From assembly GCA_963805305.1 (NCBI GenBank), contig CAWDTM010000008.1, positions 450,885-514,884 of the forward strand: a stretch of DNA of 64,000 bases. The letters run 5' to 3'. The translations under genes and the position numbers were made by a program. The notes under the pieces were generated by a model, which worked only from the letters and a program-made list of their open reading frames with translations, ran no database searches and was not told the DNA's origin. The stretch is from an uncultured Chloroflexia bacterium. GTDB lineage: Bacteria > Chloroflexota > Limnocylindria > QHBO01. Of the stretch, positions 61,707 to 64,000 are shown in pieces. How positions within the stretch are numbered: position 1 is the stretch's first letter; each line of letters starts with the position of its first letter.

Positions 61707-63346
61707 GCGGTCTCCGGATCGTGCGCGGATCAGCGATCCTGCTCGCCCTCGCCCTGGTCCTGGCAGCCTGTGGGGAGAACGGGGTGCCGTTCGGCGGATC
61801 GCCCACGCCGGCGCAGCCGCGCCAGGTCACCCTGCACGCGGTGACGACCACCGATGGCGCGCCGGTGCCCGGAGCCACCGTGACCGATGGCGGCGTGACC
61901 GCGACCACCGACGAGCAGGGCCAGGCGACGATCATGGTCATGCGCGGCACGAAGGTCTCCGTCACGGCGGTGGGCCACGACGATGGGACGGCCACGGTTC
62001 CCGACGACGGTGACCTGACGGTCAAGCTCCGCCCGAACACGGTGAGCGGGACGGTGACCGACGAGGCGGGCAGGCCGGTGAACGGCGTCAAGGTCTTCGT
62101 CGACGGCCAGGACACCGTGGTGACGACCGACGACGCCGGCCACTACGCCCTGCCCGGGGTTCCCACCAAGGGGACCCTCATCTACAAGCGCGCCGGCTAT
62201 CGGCTCACCGAGCTGTCCATCGACGGGTCCACCACACGCGACCTGGCCATGCAGCCGTTCACCGTCCGGGCCCTCTACGCGCCGGCATCGGTCTTCGAGC
62301 GGACCGGAGGGCTCGACGCCATGCTCAAGACGATCGCCGACACGGAGATGAACGCGATGGTGATCGACGTGAAGGAGGGGACCGGCAACCTGTACTACGC
62401 GACCGATCTGCCGCAGGCCAAAGCCGCCGGTGCCGTCATGTCGTCACCGCTCCTGCATCTCGACACGCTGCTGCCGATGCTCAAGTCGAAGGGGATCTAC
62501 ACCATCGCCCGCATGGTCGTCATGAAGGACGACACGCTGGGCTCCGCGAAGCCGCAGCTCGCCGTCCAGAACGCGAAGACCGGCAAGCCGTGGACCGACT
62601 ATCGCGGCGACATCTGGCTCGACCCGAACCAGCCGGACGTGGCGAACTACATCGCGTCCATCGCCCGGGACCTCGCGGACAAGGGCTTCGACGAGGTGCA
62701 GCTCGACTACGTGCGGTTCTTCAGCGACGGCGACTACAGCACCGCGCAGACGATCCTTCCCAACACCCAGTCGTTCCGGCTGCCGGCCATCCGGCGCCTC
62801 TTCCGCATCGTCTCGACCGCGATCGCACCGACCCACGCGTTCCTGGGAGCGGACGTCTTTCCCATCAGCTTCATCGCGGCCGATGACCAGGGGATCGGCC
62901 AGCGGCCGGAGGTGATCATGCCGTACGTCGATTACTTCGACCCCATGGTCTATCCCAGCCACTACGCCCCGTATACCTGGGGCTACGCGAACCCCAACGA
63001 GCATCCGTACGAGATCATCTCGAAGTCGTTGCAGAAGATGAACCCCGAGGCGAAGGGTCTGCCCATGGTCATTCGACCCTGGATCCAGGACTTCGGGTTC
63101 GGCCCCTACCGCGCGTACACCGCAGCCGATATCCACAAGGAGATGAAGGCCCTCGCGGACAACGGCGCCATGGGCTTCATGATCTGGAACGCGGCCGCGC
63201 GCTTCACCGTCGGGGCACTCGGACCCCCGCAGCCGGACGAGGCATCCGCGCCGGTGACGAGCGCGGCGCCGGTGCCGGTGACCACGCCGGCACCGTCTGC
63301 CACGGCAAGCCCGGTCCCCTCGTCGTCGCCCGCCGCGACCTCGTAG
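61703..63346 (+). CDS. Lipoprotein with CarboxypepD_reg-like N-terminal repeats and a TIM-barrel glycoside-hydrolase-like domain (DUF4015/GHL-type, by recollection)
   Basis: It has a lipobox LVLAAC, beta-sandwich repeats (VTDGGVTATTDEQGQATI; GTVTDEAGRPVNGVKVFVDG...TTDDAGHYALPGV), then MNAMVIDVKE, IYTIARMVVMKD, IWLDPN and GFDEVQLDYVRF, and a Pro/Ser/Thr tail. Confidence 0.65.
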   Translation: MSGLRIVRGSAILLALALVLAACGENGVPFGGSPTPAQPRQVTLHAVTTTDGAPVPGATVTDGGVTATTDEQGQATIMVMRGTKVSVTAVGHDDGTATVPDDGDLTVKLRPNTVSGTVTDEAGRPVNGVKVFVDGQDTVVTTDDAGHYALPGVPTKGTLIYKRAGYRLTELSIDGSTTRDLAMQPFTVRALYAPASVFERTGGLDAMLKTIADTEMNAMVIDVKEGTGNLYYATDLPQAKAAGAVMSSPLLHLDTLLPMLKSKGIYTIARMVVMKDDTLGSAKPQLAVQNAKTGKPWTDYRGDIWLDPNQPDVANYIASIARDLADKGFDEVQLDYVRFFSDGDYSTAQTILPNTQSFRLPAIRRLFRIVSTAIAPTHAFLGADVFPISFIAADDQGIGQRPEVIMPYVDYFDPMVYPSHYAPYTWGYANPNEHPYEIISKSLQKMNPEAKGLPMVIRPWIQDFGFGPYRAYTAADIHKEMKALADNGAMGFMIWNAAARFTVGALGPPQPDEASAPVTSAAPVPVTTPAPSATASPVPSSSPAATS

Positions 63347-63353
63347 AGCCGGC

Positions 63354-63812
63354 ATGAGGCTCGTCGTCCAGCGGGTCCGCCGCGCGTCGGTCGAGGTGGG
63401 CGGCGCCGTCATCGGGGAGATCGGTCCGGGTGCGGTGGTGCTGGCCGGGGTGGGGGAGTCCGATACGCCGGCGATCATCGACGCGATGGCCGAGAAGCTC
63501 GTGGGCCTTCGCTACTTCGAGGACGACGCGGGGCGCACGAACCGCGATCTGCGCGAGCGCGACGGATCCCTGCTCGTGGTCAGCCAGTTCACGTTGTACG
63601 CGGACCTGCGTCGGGGGCGGCGACCCGGCTTCAGCCACGTCGCAGACCCGGCCGCTGCGGAACTGCTGATCGAACGGTTCGCAACCCGCCTGCGGGCGCT
63701 GGGTGCTCGGGTGGAGACCGGACGGTTCCGGGCGGACATGGCGGTAGCGCTGGTGAACGACGGGCCGTTCACCCTGGTCCTGGATTCGGCAACGGACCTC
63801 GCCGCCGGCTGA
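63354..63812 (+). CDS. dtd: D-aminoacyl-tRNA deacylase
   Basis: It starts MRLVVQRV and has LLVVSQFTLYAD...G.RP.F and NDGPFTL. Confidence 0.9.
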   Translation: MRLVVQRVRRASVEVGGAVIGEIGPGAVVLAGVGESDTPAIIDAMAEKLVGLRYFEDDAGRTNRDLRERDGSLLVVSQFTLYADLRRGRRPGFSHVADPAAAELLIERFATRLRALGARVETGRFRADMAVALVNDGPFTLVLDSATDLAAG

Positions 63813-63839
63813 CGAATGGGTCTCCGCCGCGAGTCGCGC

Positions 63840-64000
63840 TCAGACCTTCTGCGCCGTCCTCCGGCACCGTGAGCAGGCCCGGATCCGGAGCTGCCGGCCA
63901 TCGCGCTGGACGACCATGGGCTGAAGGTTGGGCAGCCAGCGGCGCAGCGCGCGCTTGCGGTTCATTCCGACTGATTGCGGGTTCCAGCCGGTGATCGGCT
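63840..64000 (-). CDS. rpmB: 50S ribosomal protein L28, C-terminal part (5' end outside the window)
   Basis: I translated the minus strand by hand: ...PITGWNPQSVGMNRKRALRRWLPNLQPMVVQRDGRQLRIRACSRCRRTAQKV*. It fits the L28 pattern (..G.N.S.....RRW.PNLQ......G....+.+C..C). It is absent from the ORF track because no start codon lies in the window. Confidence 0.7.
   Translation of the reverse strand, partial: PITGWNPQSVGMNRKRALRRWLPNLQPMVVQRDGRQLRIRACSRCRRTAQKV

Overview
High-GC (roughly 70% by eye) bacterial chromosome segment. The gene order is typical of Actinomycetota or Chloroflexota-like Gram-positive lineages: uvrA | uvrC, secDF, recJ, pyrF, tatAC, rapZ-yvcK-whiA, tpiA-gpmI-secG. I cannot assign taxonomy from the sequence alone. 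About 60 protein genes are supported, most on the + strand and often joined by 4-nt ATGA/GTGA overlaps, which suggests translational coupling. There are 8 tRNA genes with encoded CCA: Leu-Leu-Val, Phe-Gly-Gln-Cys, and a lone Leu. A long housekeeping run covers ileS-lspA-rluD-gmk-priA-def-fmt-rlmN-rpe-dtd, and ileS is preceded by a T-box leader with a clean intrinsic terminator. The one clear accessory region is a 13.1-kb integrative island in the 3' half of tRNA-Cys (21966-35080), bounded by a perfect 44-bp direct repeat. The island carries a tyrosine integrase, an RHH/excisionase/DUF3631 module, a small serine recombinase, a small wHTH protein, two orphan genes I cannot place in any family (27036-29500), and two tandem ECF sigma factors each coupled to a membrane-anchored beta-propeller protein. 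Other loci worth a second look: an AraC-VOC-UvrA paralog cluster, an orphan pseudo-receiver/ParA-type ATPase, a membrane GT2 synthase with a QxxRW motif paired with a membrane protein I tentatively read as PH-domain-like, and a YvcK with an N-terminal membrane extension. I saw no rRNA genes, CRISPR arrays or IS elements. Many long ORFs in the supplied track are antisense shadows or in-frame upstream extensions typical of high-GC DNA, and I rejected them.
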